64,000 nucleotides of DNA from Pecten maximus (Eukaryota), in NCBI RefSeq assembly GCF_902652985.1, contig NC_047017.1, positions 17,732,001-17,796,000 on the forward strand, written 5' to 3'. Positions 14,118-27,606 of this stretch are shown here, in pieces. How positions within the stretch are numbered: position 1 is the stretch's first letter; each line of letters begins with the position of its first letter. The translations under genes were made by a program, and so were the position numbers. The notes under the pieces were generated by a model that was not told where the DNA came from, ran no database searches, and saw only the letters and a program-made list of their open reading frames with translations.

Positions 14118-15197
14118 CTCCATATGATATCTATAGGGACTTTTCGAAAATTGGAGATTCCCGCCGATCTTCCCTGCGATGTGCTTGACTTTCATACTCA
14201 AAATACAAACACTTAGACAGCAAATTGTGATGTACTTTGATATTAATAAAATTAAAGCACATAATTAGATCTTGGCGATGATTTCAAATAGAAATTATCG
14301 ATAATTATGTGTCTGGTTTTCAAGTTTTCTCCAATATGGCATTTAATTCAATTTCAATTTCTTTATTAACTGTGGGCCATATTTTAGTGAAGACTGAACT
14401 GAGCGACGGCAAAGGATTGTGGGAAGGTCAGGGGCCACCATGTAGACATCAGGGCAAATAGAGAGCTGCCAATCTCTCTATATATGTCTCTGCTTTGATT
14501 GCCCCTGAAATAAATTTCGGAAGTTCTTGACATTTCAGAAGCTTTATCATTTCTTTTAGGTAAAATGTTTTGTCTTGAAGTTATATTGTTATTTTCAGAT
14601 GAATTGAAAGCTTATAGTTAAGTTGTAACATAATAATAGGACAAATGTTGGCTGAGTTTGTGTTTCATAGACTTGATAAAAAATACTAGCTAGGAGAGAT
14701 GCTTGGAGGGACTTGTCAAGGTGACTAGCATTGACCAGGCAGTTATCTAAAGTTCAGTGGTTCTCAAATTCTAGTTTGGCCCTATACATGTTTCATTCAA
14801 TGCAACGATCAAATATTTTTTTTTAAAATCATCAGCATCTTTCAGTTTTTAGAAAGATTAAATGGATTGCCTAACAAGTTGAAAGTTACATATACAAATT
14901 ATAGAGACAGATTACGATAGATTTTTTTCAGGATGCAATTATTTGTTCAAATATAAATTTAAAGAAGTTAAAATTTTGGAGGGTTACAGTATAAAAATAT
15001 ATTATCATTGAAATTGTATAAATGTACACAACAACCCATTCTTGTTTTCAATTGATCATAATGTTATAACTACTATTTTATCGGAGATGTTGCATCATTA
15101 AAAAAGAAAGAAGATTATAAGAATATGTTGACTATATTATTTTACTTTTCAAATTAGGTTAATCATAAAATGTTAATACTTTCCTTGCTCATTTCAG

Positions 15198-18100
15198 TAT
15201 TCCAAAGATATACCAGCCACTGAATCTTTACGCATTACAGTGGGTAATGACATCTACAAAGAAAAGTCCAGGAGTCCATTGTCAGGAAGACTTGGTCCCC
15301 CAGTTGACCGTTCCCCATATGATGAGTCTCCAAGTGATCGTCGGAAATCAAACTCGGATAATTTCAATAGGTTTGATAATTATGACCAAGAGGCCAAATA
15401 CTATGACCAGGGAAACCGAAGACGCGACTATGATCAAGTAATGGGAAGAAGTGGAGGGTATGATTCTAATAGACAAAGAAGTAGAGAATACTCAAGTGAC
15501 CGATATGACGAACGGAACAAGGATTTTAACAGAGAAACACGAGGCAGAATTGACAAATACAGTGGAGATGACAGGTACAAAGATGACATGGATCGTAGGA
15601 GAGGAAGTAGTATTGACAGAAGAGATAACAACAGAGGTAGTTTGGAGCGTCAGGGCTGGATATAAAGAACCGGAAAGTGACAGCTTTTTTAGAGACGTTG
15701 GTTCAAGACGGGATGCTGATGATAGAACTGAAAGAGAACTCCTCGGTGGATACAGAGATTTACCAAGTAGGGATGACTATCAAAATACCTACAGGCAAAA
15801 TTCAGATGAATTGAGACCTTCTATTCCTCTTATTCCACCAGCACCAAAACCTTTAAAATCAATTTTGAAAAAGAAGGGACCAGCAGAAGAAACCTTACCA
15901 GGTCTGGTCACAAATCCAGTATCAAGAGAAGAGAAGAATTTGTTTCCTATCATGCGACCTGCAGATATTAATCAAGATATAGATTCAAGGACCCAACAGA
16001 GCACTGAAAATACCACTCGAGGTCCTCCTTTTGACAATCACCAATCAAGATCTGAGGGTAGAGGAAACTCTAGGTCTGGATTACCAGGGATGTCATCTTA
16101 CATGGATATTGAGGATGAGGAGAAATTCTTGTATGGTGATGATGACCATGACTTAGAGAAAGGTAATTCAAACAACAAGCCTGGCTCAAGACCCTCAATA
16201 GAGTCCAAATCTAGATCAGAAGATGCTTTTTACTCTGGTATGACCGAAAGACATTCAAGGCCAGATTCTTATTCTGCAGACGACCGATTCAGCAGCAGAT
16301 TGTCATCTGCTGATGAACAGAGAATGTATACAGATTCTCGTCTATCACAGGATCAAAGAAGTCATTTAGATTCTCGCTTTATGGATCATCAAATAGCTGA
16401 TCAGACGGTGAGACCCACTGCAGAAGAGCAACTGCGTTCGTCTGTGTCTTCTTTCCTTGAGGATCAAAGGTTTAAGCAGAGTTCCTTCCCGCCTATTGTA
16501 AGAGATGTTGCCCCAGTGCAAGAAAAACCTGTTGTCGTTCAGCCTCCAGCCTTTAAAGCCGGACTTGCTAAGCCTATTTACATCTGGGAATGAAATGCCC
16601 GCTAATCTACAACCTACACAAATCCCTCCTACAACCCAACAACCTACTAGTCCAACCCTCCCGTATACAAGTCAAGCTCCACCTGAAGAGCCAAAACAAA
16701 AATATGATCCTACCATTGAAAATATACTCAAATCCATAGGATTTGACTTTGAAATGTCAAGAAGGATGCAGGAAAAGGCAAGCAACACCCAACCAATTCA
16801 AAAACCAAAAAAAGAAGAGGAACAATTTGGTATCAATCAGACTGCATCTTTCTTAGAAGGAGGAATTTCTGATGATATTAAAAACAAGCTCTTCACTAAA
16901 AAAGAAGAATCCATAGTTGATATTCTGATGCGAGAAGCAAAAGTAGGTCCATCTAAGTCAACAGAGAGGAGATATGATCATGAAAATGAAACTAGAAGTA
17001 GGTATAAAAAGAGTGAACAAAAACCACCTGAACAGGATAGAAGATTGGATAGTTACAACAGAGACAGAGACAGAGACAGAGAAAAAGTAAGAGAAGCAGA
17101 CCACATGGATAGGGAAAGGAAAAAGGAAGTGTTACCGGTTGAACCAGTAAAGGAACCCTCGAGTGACCTGTTTGAAGAGTCAACATATGAAGATCCTAGT
17201 CTGTCTACAGAGAGTCTATCATCTGGTATATCTTTCCAGAGACAGGTGTCACGTGCAGATACACAATACTCTGCCTTTAATCAGCCAACTTCCTACTCAC
17301 AGCCACAATATCCCCCCAATGTGTCTGCTAACTACACAAACTCATCAACAGCACCCCCTACACAGGTACATCCAAGCACTGTCCCTCCTTACCCTGGAGC
17401 TGCTGTAGGGCCTGTGTATAATGCACCTCCTCAATATGGCTATGGGCATCCTCCCCCAGGGTTTGAGCCCAGCTCTTATCCCAATTATGGAAACTACCCT
17501 CCGCAGAACGTCCCTTTTCCACCCACACATAACCCTCCTCCTGTATTCCATAACCCACCTCCCTCTCATGGTCCATCATTCCAAGGTCCACCACCACCAC
17601 CTCATGGCGTGCCCCCTCAATTGAGAAATTCAAGTGACCAAAAGTCATCTGTAAACAAAAACATTGACATTTTTAAAGAAGAAATCCAAGAAAAGAAGAC
17701 AATCACAATTGAAAAAAAGACCATAACAATTTCCCCAAAGGAAACCAGCAGAACTGTTATTCCACCAAAAATTGATAAACTAAAAAGTCCTCCAGAAAAA
17801 CAGCCAGCAGTTTCTCCTCGAAAGATGCTCACACCAAAACAAAGAAACAATTTACTAAGGGAAAAGGAACACAGGCGCCAGAAAATCGAAGCTTTGGAAG
17901 GAGAACTGGAGAAATTACGCAAACAGCAAAATGAAATGATGAGAAAGATACGCAGACAGAAAGATGGCCATAAAGATCCAGTGCTTCTACAGAATAACAA
18001 ACTACAGGATGATATCTCTGCACAAATTTCCAAACTTCGGAAAGCTGCAGAAGAAAATTTGATGATTCTGAAAGAGTGTAAAATTGATCCTAATCTTAAA

Positions 18101-18199
18101 CCTGAAAGTGAAAAGGAAGAAACTGCTGAAGCAGAAATTAAAACAAATAAACCTCCTAAAAAGAAGGAAGAAGTGCAGAAGCGAAAGAAACCTGAGCAG
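15198..18199 (+). CDS. ZNF318: ZNF318-like exon 2 (about 3 kb; two +1 frame discontinuities near 15653 and 16552)
   Basis: tttcag|TAT TCC... ZNF318 signature motifs fall in three successive frames: SLRITVGND (frame of ORF 15240), KSILKK and DIEDEEKFLYGD (ORF 15451), ILKSIGFD and RRQKDGHKDP coiled coil (ORF 16505). Ends CAG|gtatat. Confidence 0.88.
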
Positions 18200-18425
18200 G
18201 TATATTGTTGGATACTACTGGTACTGAAAATTTCAATATTTATAATTTTTTCTACGAGGATACCTTTGAGAATGTTATCAGTTGCTATCCAAAACCTATT
18301 CCATGAAGTTTATTTAATGTATTACAAGGTTTCAACTTTTCAAGAATACTATAACTTTATTAACTTTAAATAGAAATGACCGTTGCTATATAAATGGAAG
18401 GGAATGCTTTTCTTTGTTTATGCAG

Positions 18426-18545
18426 GTACGAGTTAAAAGGTACGAGTTTTTTGATCCCGGAGGTCACTGGTGTAAAATTTGTAATACAGAATCGGGCAGC
18501 ATATACAGCGTCCTGCAACATTTACACGGGAAGAAACATCAGCAG
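18426..18545 (+). CDS. ZNF318: ZNF318-like exon 3, matrin-type zinc finger 1
   Basis: tgcag|VRVKRYEFFDPGGHWCKICNTESGSIYSVLQHLHGKKHQQ|gtact. Confidence 0.92.
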
Positions 18546-19816
18546 GTACTTGTTACTTAACCCTTGGTGTGCGGGGAACATGTTAGCCCGTCCTGAAAGT
18601 TTGCACCATGCGACGGGGAACGTGTTAACTCGTTATTCCCGATTTTGATGTGAGAGAAGCATCCATCAATCATGACACATGATGTATACATTATTTCAAA
18701 ACATGTTCAGCAGTAAGGCAGACTTTGAAGACTCCGATGGTTTTACTGTTAGGCAATATTAGGGAAGATATAATTTATTTAGCAGAGTTTATTTGCCTGG
18801 TAGATAATAGTTACATTTAATCCAGAAATAGACATAAAAGTCAAGACAGATATCAACGCGGATTGGATCAATGGCAATGTAAAATTTCTTCGGCAGTGAA
18901 GGTTGAACCACTGGCTGCGATTTTCAAATAAAGCGTGTTAGGTGTTGAAAAGTTGGACACTATTTTTGGAAGTCACTTTGTATAAAATCAATCAATTTTT
19001 AGTGGTACACATTTTCTTTGATATAGATTTTTTTTTTATCTTGATTAATATTGCACCTGTTGATTAAACTACTGAAAACACTTTACAATTGACAACATAT
19101 GTAAACTAGAGATGAAAACCATTTTTTATAAAAGTTTTATTCTCATATTGCAGGTATTTTTTAAGTTATACACATTTGAAAAGATATTAAAACTTTTGTT
19201 GGAAGATTTCTATACAAATGTAACGCACCCTTGTAAGGGATGATTTATATTTATTCAGTATAGACTGCGCGCATAGACATGGATTGCCAGATCAAAGACA
19301 TTGGTTATTTGATATTTATGGAAAAATTTTATCATCAGTTTGATTCACGACTGAGTGTTTCATTGTGAAGATATGCTCCTTTTGCAAAACCTCTCGCAGA
19401 ATTAAATCTTGATACTTAAAACATTAGGGTACTTAAAACAGTATAGATAAAAATGCTTAGATCATTATTTATTTCAACCTTATTTGGCATAACTTCTTGT
19501 TTTTGTGTTGATGAAGTTAAGATAAAGCCTCCCAAAAACAAGATTATTTTCGGGTGATATTTGTTCTATATACTGCACCAAAATTTCACCTCATTCCAAG
19601 GTGAAATGAATTTAAAATGAAATAAAAATTTAATTTGGTATTTTATCTGTGGTAGTCATTATGTTATGCATTTTGATTGCTTTGAAATTTTACATTTCTG
19701 TTGCTTATGCCACCTATTGATGATCTTGGCTTCATTCTTGTTTTGTGGATTTATTTGCTTGTAATTACAAGGTAAAAAATATTTGACATTACCAGCATGC
19801 ATGTTTTATTCTGTAG

Positions 19817-19913
19817 GCTCTGAATCCTTACGATCGACCATGGGTCCCAAAGACTATGAAGAGTCCACTAAAACATGCCAAAAATGAGCATCTAGCTGTG
19901 TTACCAGTCAAAG
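19817..19913 (+). CDS. ZNF318: ZNF318-like exon 4
   Basis: ctgtag|ALNPYDRPWVPK...VLPVK G|gtaata; matches the ZNF318 'LDPYNRPW...VPAKG' segment. Confidence 0.92.
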
Positions 19914-20485
19914 GTAATAGTTTCCTTAGAAATAAAAAATTATCTTTGTTCTCAATCCTTGAAATGCGAATTTAGTTTTTGTTATGAATATTTAATGTAG
20001 AAAGTGAGTGTGGTTGATATTGAAAAGAGAATAGGCAAAAGTACCCAATCTTATAGTCACAAGATATAGATTTCAGTTAACTTTTTTTTTTCTTTTTTTT
20101 TTTTTGAACAATAACATGTTTTCCAACTGAGCTATGAATGCAATAGTTTCATAATATGTGGCGTGATCAATCTACATTTTATTTTCGTGAGTCCCTTTCA
20201 ATTGTATTTCTACACAGAATTCTATGAGTACAGGACATGGGACTTGCATGTGGATGTCTCACTGCTTTGTGGTAGTATTCTTAAATGTCTAGCGTTGTGA
20301 GAAAAAAAACTTAATTTGGGCATGAAATATTGGTCATCGACTAAGAGTTTTGATCATGCCCCTAAGGGTGACGTTGGCTTATTTACTCAAACCATTCTGA
20401 TCCATCTATTCACAGGACATTTCTCCTGAAGTTAATAGTATCAAATTATATACTGGAGCAGTGAAAATCCAACCTTTTGTTTCAG

Positions 20486-20604
20486 GCCAAGAATTCCTGG
20501 TGCCCTGTAAGGCTTTCTACTGTACCTTGTGTAAGGAGTTTGCTGGTGATGAGGCTTGTGCTGACTTTCACATCAAGACAGATTCCCACTATCAAAATTA
20601 TCAG
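20486..20604 (+). CDS. ZNF318: ZNF318-like exon 5, matrin-type zinc finger 2
   Basis: ttcag|(G)QEFLVPCKAFYCTLCKEFAGDEACADFHIKTDSHYQNYQ|gtgagg. Confidence 0.92.
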
Positions 20605-20896
20605 GTGAGGACAGATATGTATAAACATGAAACAGTTTGCATAGATAGTCGTATTTTCATTTGGTAGTAATACATGTTATTGGTAGTACTATCATAGCAC
20701 ATCCTTGTAACAGTAAAAGTTGATACTTATATAGTGGGAACAATATCCTTGTTATCTATTAAATGAGTATTGAGACAGTGAAATCTTCATATGATACGAG
20801 ACTGTCAGTAAATGATTTTTTTTTTTTCAATTAAAGATTCTAGACATTGGTTTACCTGCAAGTAATGTTTTAAAACTTTCCTGTGTCCATTTTCAG

Positions 20897-22097
20897 AAAT
20901 ATCTGGAAATGAATGAGTTCTATGAGCAGAGGAGGGGACTAGATAAGGCTACAGGTCGCTCAGGAAGCAAAGACACAAAACCTGTGAAAAAGGAAGATCG
21001 AAAAGAGAAAAATGAATTGAAGAAGCAACGGGTGCAAGAGAAAGAAAAACTGTGGGAGAAACCAGTGGCCGAATTAGCTATGGAACAACCTGCTAAGAAA
21101 CCAAAAATGTCACCAAGTGAACCGAAAGATATTAAGGCAGTTAAATCTGGTGATGGATTTGGCAAGTTTTCTTTCTCTTCTGGCGACAAAGACAAAGCCA
21201 AGAATTTATCTAGTGGTGACAAAGAAAAAGTTAAGAAAGAAGAGGATACCAATGAAGAACCGGAGAAGAAAGAAGGTGAAGCCACTCAAGATAGCAAAAG
21301 CAAGATTGCCATTAACATTGTCAATAAGATGGGTATAAAACCTGTAGTACCAGCTGTTAAAATCCCCACGAAGAAAAATCCATTGCTGCCTCCTTGGACT
21401 CCTGTTTCAAAACCAGATAGCCAGAAACAGACAGCTGGGGCATGTAAGGTTGAAGCCTTCCCTCTGCGGAAAGGTACAGGAAAAACAGAGCATGGAGGAG
21501 GGAAGCCTTCTTCGCTGGACATGTTTTTAACACTAGAAGATAAATCAAAACCATTACCAGTAATGAAGGACAAGCCAAAGGTGACAGCACAGGATATTCT
21601 CAAGGCTTTCACAGGAAAACTCAAGGATGACAACACCGGACCAACAGAAAAGAAAAACCCGACTGATGAAAATAAAGAAAAAGTATTATCATCGAAGAAA
21701 AAGGCAGAGCTGGAGGATATGAAAATGCTTGGTATAGACCCTTCTTTTGAGAGACCATTGGCGGAGAAGAAAGCACCACCTCCACCTTCCCAGAACCTTT
21801 CCCTGCCTCCAAGCCAACAAAAACAGTCTGGGGTTGTAGATATTCAGGAAAAAGGTAAGTCAGATCCTTTGCCAGTGATGGACATGGACATCCCGCTGCC
21901 ACCGATGGAACCATCTAAGGAACGTAGTGCTGATAAGGTGAATGAGAAAGAAATAAGTGCTGGTTCTGGAGACATCAGTAAGGACTTGCCCATGGATATT
22001 GGTGATAATGTACCAGTGCTGGGAAAAACTAACGAAACAACACCAGCAGAATCTAAAGAAACAGTACAGACTACAGCGGAATCGGAGGACATTGATG
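20897..22097 (+). CDS. ZNF318: ZNF318-like exon 6
   Basis: tttcag|KYLEMNEFYEQRRGLDKATG...FGKFSF...PWTPV...KPLPV; ends G|gttagt. Confidence 0.9.
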
Positions 22098-22367
22098 GTT
22101 AGTAGATATGATTTTGGCATGTGTTGGGCTAATTTATGAGATGAGTATGGAGAATAAGTGTAACTTAAAATATTGTATAATGAAATTTGATATTGCCCTT
22201 GTTATGGTTAGGGTTGTTCTAGTATTGTATTTTTGAAGCATAAGGTTTTACGAGTGTTTCACATTTTCTGATGATAATGATCTACGGCAGTAGTATGTAC
22301 AGAATTGTCTCCAAAATAACATCATTAGTTGTATAAGAAAAAATATTACATTTTTTCCCCATTTCAG

Positions 22368-22453
22368 ACGGAGCCAGCGACTGCAGTGAATTTAGTATGC
22401 AGATGGGCAGCGACTTTGAAGTTGTGGATGAGTGTGAGGCAGATGAATCATAG
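22368..22453 (+). CDS. ZNF318: ZNF318-like terminal exon 7
   Basis: tttcag|(D)GASDCSEFSMQMGSDFEVVDECEADES*; phase 1 matches the exon 6 donor. Confidence 0.75.
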
Positions 22454-24499
22454 TTACCTCCTTTCTATCGGAGTTGTGTTGTGACAATGCATTCGAGTTT
22501 GCAGCAAGAATTTGATATAGTGACCATGGAGGTTTTTATGTACAAGTTGTGGACATTTTATTCAATTTAAAAAATGTGGAGTTTTTATTCCAAGCTGTGA
22601 TCTTGACTGTTAAAGATTTATATAAGTCATGGAAATGTAGATATACTTCTTAATGATAATAAACCTAGAGAAATAATTGGAAGGTTATGAAACGGGATTC
22701 GTTTCTTTTCCAATTTCTCATATCAAATTAACAATTGCACGAGGCTTTGTGTTGACTGTTGCTGAAGTGGAAGTGAACATTCACTTCAAAGATTTTGTAA
22801 AATGCACAAATTCAGAGAGTTAAGAAATTGTAGTAACACTTGGAATGCTAAGCAGATGTGTTACCAAGAAGTAACTCCAGAAGAAGAAAGTCCCATGATT
22901 CATCAATTGTGTTCATTTCATTCATATGTCTTATAAATTTCATTTTATCTCTTTTATTCTGTTGTGAAATATTTTAAGACAATTTAAAGACAAGTGAACA
23001 GACTATTGAGCAACAATCACTCTAATTAATAATTTCTCATCATGCTTATTGCATCAAATGCATGCATTTAATTGTTTTAATGTGAATAATCTTCATTTAT
23101 ACATCATTAAAATTGCGGAACTGTCAACTAGATTTATACAGTTTGTACATGCATAGGTACACAAATTGAACAATATATAAAGAAATCATCAGGAAAGACT
23201 TGTATTGTCATATACTGATAATTCCAATGCACTTCATGGACACACTACTTATAAGGTTATAATAAAATGTTTTACAGTGAAGAAGATGATACAGTTTGTC
23301 AGTGTTATAATAAAATGTTTTACAGTGAAGATGATGATACATTTTGTCAGTATCTGTACATGTAACTTCAGTTTTGTCTCAAACTACTTGTCTATTTATC
23401 ATTTTAAATGGTAGCATGTGGTCAGAACAAGCCAGAAAGTGTTGGTGAATGGTTTGGTGTAAGCCTTAATATAGTTAATATTTATGTTACTAAAATTAAC
23501 ATATCATCTTCGTTACTAAAATTGATATATTCTTTGTTACTACAGCTAATATAGCATTCTTATTACTTAAGATAATGTTAACTTTCTTTCTACAGCTAAT
23601 GTAACATTCTTTTTACTTCAGATATTATAAACTTTCTTTCTACAGCTAATTGTATCACATTTATCCTTACTATACTTCATATAACTTAATTCGTTACTGT
23701 TGTTGATATGACCTTAGTTGTTAATTTAACTGTATTTAAAAAAAAATTAATTTAAGAAATAAATAGGTACTACTATCTGGCATGGGTATCAATATTGATC
23801 CAGATAATGCGAAAAACTTTTTTCTCTCTTTATTTTTGGACAAAATTGTGATTTTTTTTTCATTTGATTATTTTAATAATTTGTCTTTTTATATTTGACT
23901 AAACTAGTTTGCTGATGTTTTCACATAATTTTCCAGGAGTCTATCATAACAACATTTAAAGAATACTTTTCGTAACATTTTAGCCTCTGATTTTGTTTTA
24001 ATTTTATAATCATCTGTTTATGTTTTAAAAGCAGGAATGAAGATCTCCATCACAGCTTTTGGTCAACAGCTATAACACAAGATCTTAAAAGGAGACTCAA
24101 TAAAAGAGGCATTGGTATGAAACATGGAAAGATCACATGAGCCAGGGATTCAATATATTATTACGTCCAGTGATTGGTCAAAGCTGTCCTATAGCTAGAT
24201 GTAACACATACTGATTGGTACTGATTCTGACAACAAAAGGAACTCGAAAGCTGAACCGACCAAGAGATTGACCAGAGATTGACCAGAATCTAACAGAATC
24301 CCCAGTTGACTACACTAAATGATATTTGAAGAGGCTGGACACTGGTGCTGGTTGAAAAGAGTAGAAAGAGTAGCTGAGTCGACCAAGAGGTCAACCAGAT
24401 GTCAATATAAATATAAAGAATAGAACCAATTTATTTGCACAGCTGATCGGGATAGTTGGCAGAAGAGCTTGGATATTGGTACGTTTGGAATAGACCAAA

Positions 24500-25220
24500 A
24501 ATGATCCACGAGACACTACTTGTACAAAAGAAGGTAATGATCGGTTAGATGCTTCTTGTATAAAAGAAGGTAATGATCCATGAGACACTACTTGTACAAA
24601 AGAAGGTAATGATCCACGAGGCGCTACTTGTACAAAAGAAGGTAATGATCCATGAGACGATACTTGTACAAAAGAAGGTAGTGATCCACGAGACGCTACT
24701 TGTACCAAAGAAGGTAATGATCCACGAGACGATACTTGTACAAAAGAAGGTAATGATCCACGAGACGCTACTTGTACAAAAGAAGGTAATGATCCACGAG
24801 ACACTACTTGTACAAAAGAAGGTAATGATCGGTTAGATGCTTGTATAAAAGAAGGTAATGATCCAAGAGACGCTACTTGTACAAAAGAAGGTAATGATCC
24901 ATGAGACGATACTTGTACAAAAGAAGGTAATGATCCACGAGACGCTACTTGTACAAAAGAAGGTAATGATCCATGAGACGCTACTTGAACAAAAGAAGGT
25001 AATGATCCATGAGACACTACTTGTACAAAAGAAGGTAATGATCCGTCAGACACTACTTGTACAAAAGAAGGTAATGATCCACGAGATGATACTTGTACAA
25101 AAGAAGGTAATGATCCGTCAGACGCTACTTGTACAAAAGAAGGTAATGATCCACGAGACGCTACTTGTACAAAAGAAGGTAATGATCCATGAGACGCTTC
25201 TTGTACAAAAGAAGGTAGTT
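24500..25220. repeat. 36-bp minisatellite, about 20 copies
   Basis: Unit ACTTGTACAAAAGAAGGTAATGATCCACGAGACGCT; variation is concentrated after GATCC. Confidence 0.95.
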
Positions 25221-27013
25221 GAATAGGTCGTTCATCTGTAGTGATATGAACGCTGGAAAGAGAAGCTCAGTAAAACAAGAAAAAATCATTGGAAATACAC
25301 CATGAAAATGCTCCCAGTTGTCGGTTGAAAATGATTCTTGAGATGCTATTTGTACAAAAAGATGGTAGAAAAAAGCTATATGGAGACCGAGACATTACGC
25401 AAGATGGCAAAATGACACTTGAAAGAGTAGCTGAATCGACCAAACATTGAATTGAATAGAATTGTAAGAATCACAACAGTTTGTTGTCGAAGCTGACCTG
25501 AGAGACGCTGCAAAAGAAGGTCGAAAAACTTAGAACATCGGAAAGATAACTGAATCGACCAAGAAATAAAAAATAGAACTGCAAGGTTCGCACGAGTTGG
25601 GCAGTCGAAACTGAATAATTAAAGAGAGAAAAGAAGAATGACGCTAGCTCATTGGTCAACACTTATCTGGAGAGAAGCTATGAAGGAGAGTAGTTAAATT
25701 GAAGACGGGTAAAGATTGGAGAAATAGTAGATGAGTAGTTTATTGGGCAAGATGCATCGGGGAAAGAATCTGCGCAAGACGGCAGACAAAAGAGGTTACA
25801 CATTGGTATCGGTTGCACCGCTGGATGATTTTTCATCTTAAACGACCTGGAGATGGACAAGATATACACGTATATATAACGAACCGTACAAGTTGATTGG
25901 TGGGAAATGTTTTGGAGAAAAGCAACTGTACGCAAGGTTATAAAATCATTAATAATTTTATTGGCCAAAACTGATCTTGAGAGAATCATCAGGAGAAAAG
26001 CAATACCACTCTGGTCGGCTGAAGAGAACAACTGATGACGGAACCACTGAAGGGCCATTTATATATACATGTATAAGCTGACAACGGACTTGGCAGGAAG
26101 GATGTTTGACAACAGAATAAGCAGCAATGCATATGATGTCTGACGGATTTGGCATAGGTTCCCACAATGATATTCGCAAAGAAAAGCAGTTCCCAGTTGT
26201 TGCAATGCAACAGATCAAATTTAATCGCTTCGTTGCAAAAAACATCCTGAATCAAAAAGAAACTGCTGTTTTTCTATTAGCACTCAAACTGCAACAAAAG
26301 AACTATCCCGGAATATTTCAAAATCGGCAAATAGAAAATAACCGAAAGTTAACCAAAGATAAATTGGGCCAAGACAAAATCGAATACAAGACTACATCGT
26401 GATATGTCGGCAAGATGATAATTATACTAAAGGAATGGTACACTTCCACTCCTATATTAAATATTGTAAATTTAATGATAGTACGTACATAAATGCTAGT
26501 CCTCATTTTAAAAAAATGGTTAGAATTGGTCGTCAGTGAATTTATTCTGGAACTTGCATTAATAAAAAGGACGGAAGTTATGTAGATGTTCTCGGTTTGC
26601 CGAGTTTCTGATTGAATCGAATGAAATCTTTCGGCAGATTCTGCTATGTAGTCCATCTGTATTCAGACACACTTATTGTTCTCTGTTGGTAAATGGCGGC
26701 GCAGCTGTTGTGATGGTGTGACTTGATTATAATTAGCACCTGAAGATTTCCCTGGAATAACGCTATTAAAGAGGAAATATTAACATTTTTCAATAAAATG
26801 AAATGTAAACTTTGAATATTTTAAAGTAGATTTCGTCAAGCCCACACTTTATGCCGCATAAAAACACCACTGGTCATCATCACTGTGAATACCAGCGATA
26901 TCTTCTACAAAGATCGCACGATCTTTTATGATATTGACAGTTGTTTTCTTGTAATTTAGGTAAAAGGTGGAAATTCCAACACTTCAATAAAAAGCTTATG
27001 AGCAATCGCCATA

Positions 27014-27363
27014 TTAAAGGGGCATTCCTTCGTTCTGACAGAAACATGCAAAATTTTTATTAATGAAATCTTCGTCCGAATCAAGGATTGTATGTGTGTT
27101 TGTGCCTACAAGTAATGAAATGTACAGAAAAATGATGAATCGTACACAAGTACCGTCTGTCTTTGTGTTAATTAGTGATACTTCGGGGCGAATTAAGAAT
27201 TTTAAGGACTTAATATTTGGAGAACTTCGGTTTACTTTGCGAGTATAACTGCCGTATTAATGTAAAGATTATGCATTTTGATACTTGGGGAATATACCTA
27301 TTTTCTATCAAGATCCATTTTGACGACATAAACTTTATTCAAACGAAGGAATGCCCCTTTTAA
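27014..27363. mobile_element. MITE, Kolobok-like (TTAA target, purine-starting TIRs)
   Basis: TTAA-AGGGGCATTCCTTCGTT ... AACGAAGGAATGCCCCT-T-TTAA; 17-bp perfect TIR. Confidence 0.8.
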
Positions 27364-27606
27364 AGCTGCAATAAATGGTGCGTCTTCGCCGAGAGAGAAG
27401 CAAATATGGTCGAAGGGAAGCGACTCTTGTTGATAAAGACTTGAAATTTAACTAGGCCTAACTGATGTATTCTGTCTAATCATAAACAAGCCTTTATGAA
27501 ACATTTGTTGTTTTATTATTATAATTTTATTTTGGTGTGTACGCCTTAATTCTTCACAATAATAGTCTGTACAGTAAAACTTTTCATCTTTTAAAATACA
27601 ACACGC

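Noticed and set aside
15637-15653. 17-nt GT...AG micro-intron fixing the first ZNF318 frameshift
   Set aside because: 17 mod 3 = 2 leads into a frame that soon closes, and it is too short for a metazoan intron.
16552-16558. TTTAAAG as a -1 slippery heptamer explaining the ZNF318 frameshift
   Set aside because: It is phased for the wrong frame, and the required shift is +1.
16992-22120. Antisense ORFs over ZNF318 exons
   Set aside because: Shadow ORFs of biased coding sequence; no recognisable motifs.
24391-25226. ORFs with repeating MIHETLLVQKKV / GSLPSFVQV; CRISPR-like look (36-bp period)
   Set aside because: Pure tandem repeat with no unique spacers, in a eukaryotic context. The ORFs arise because 36 is a multiple of 3.
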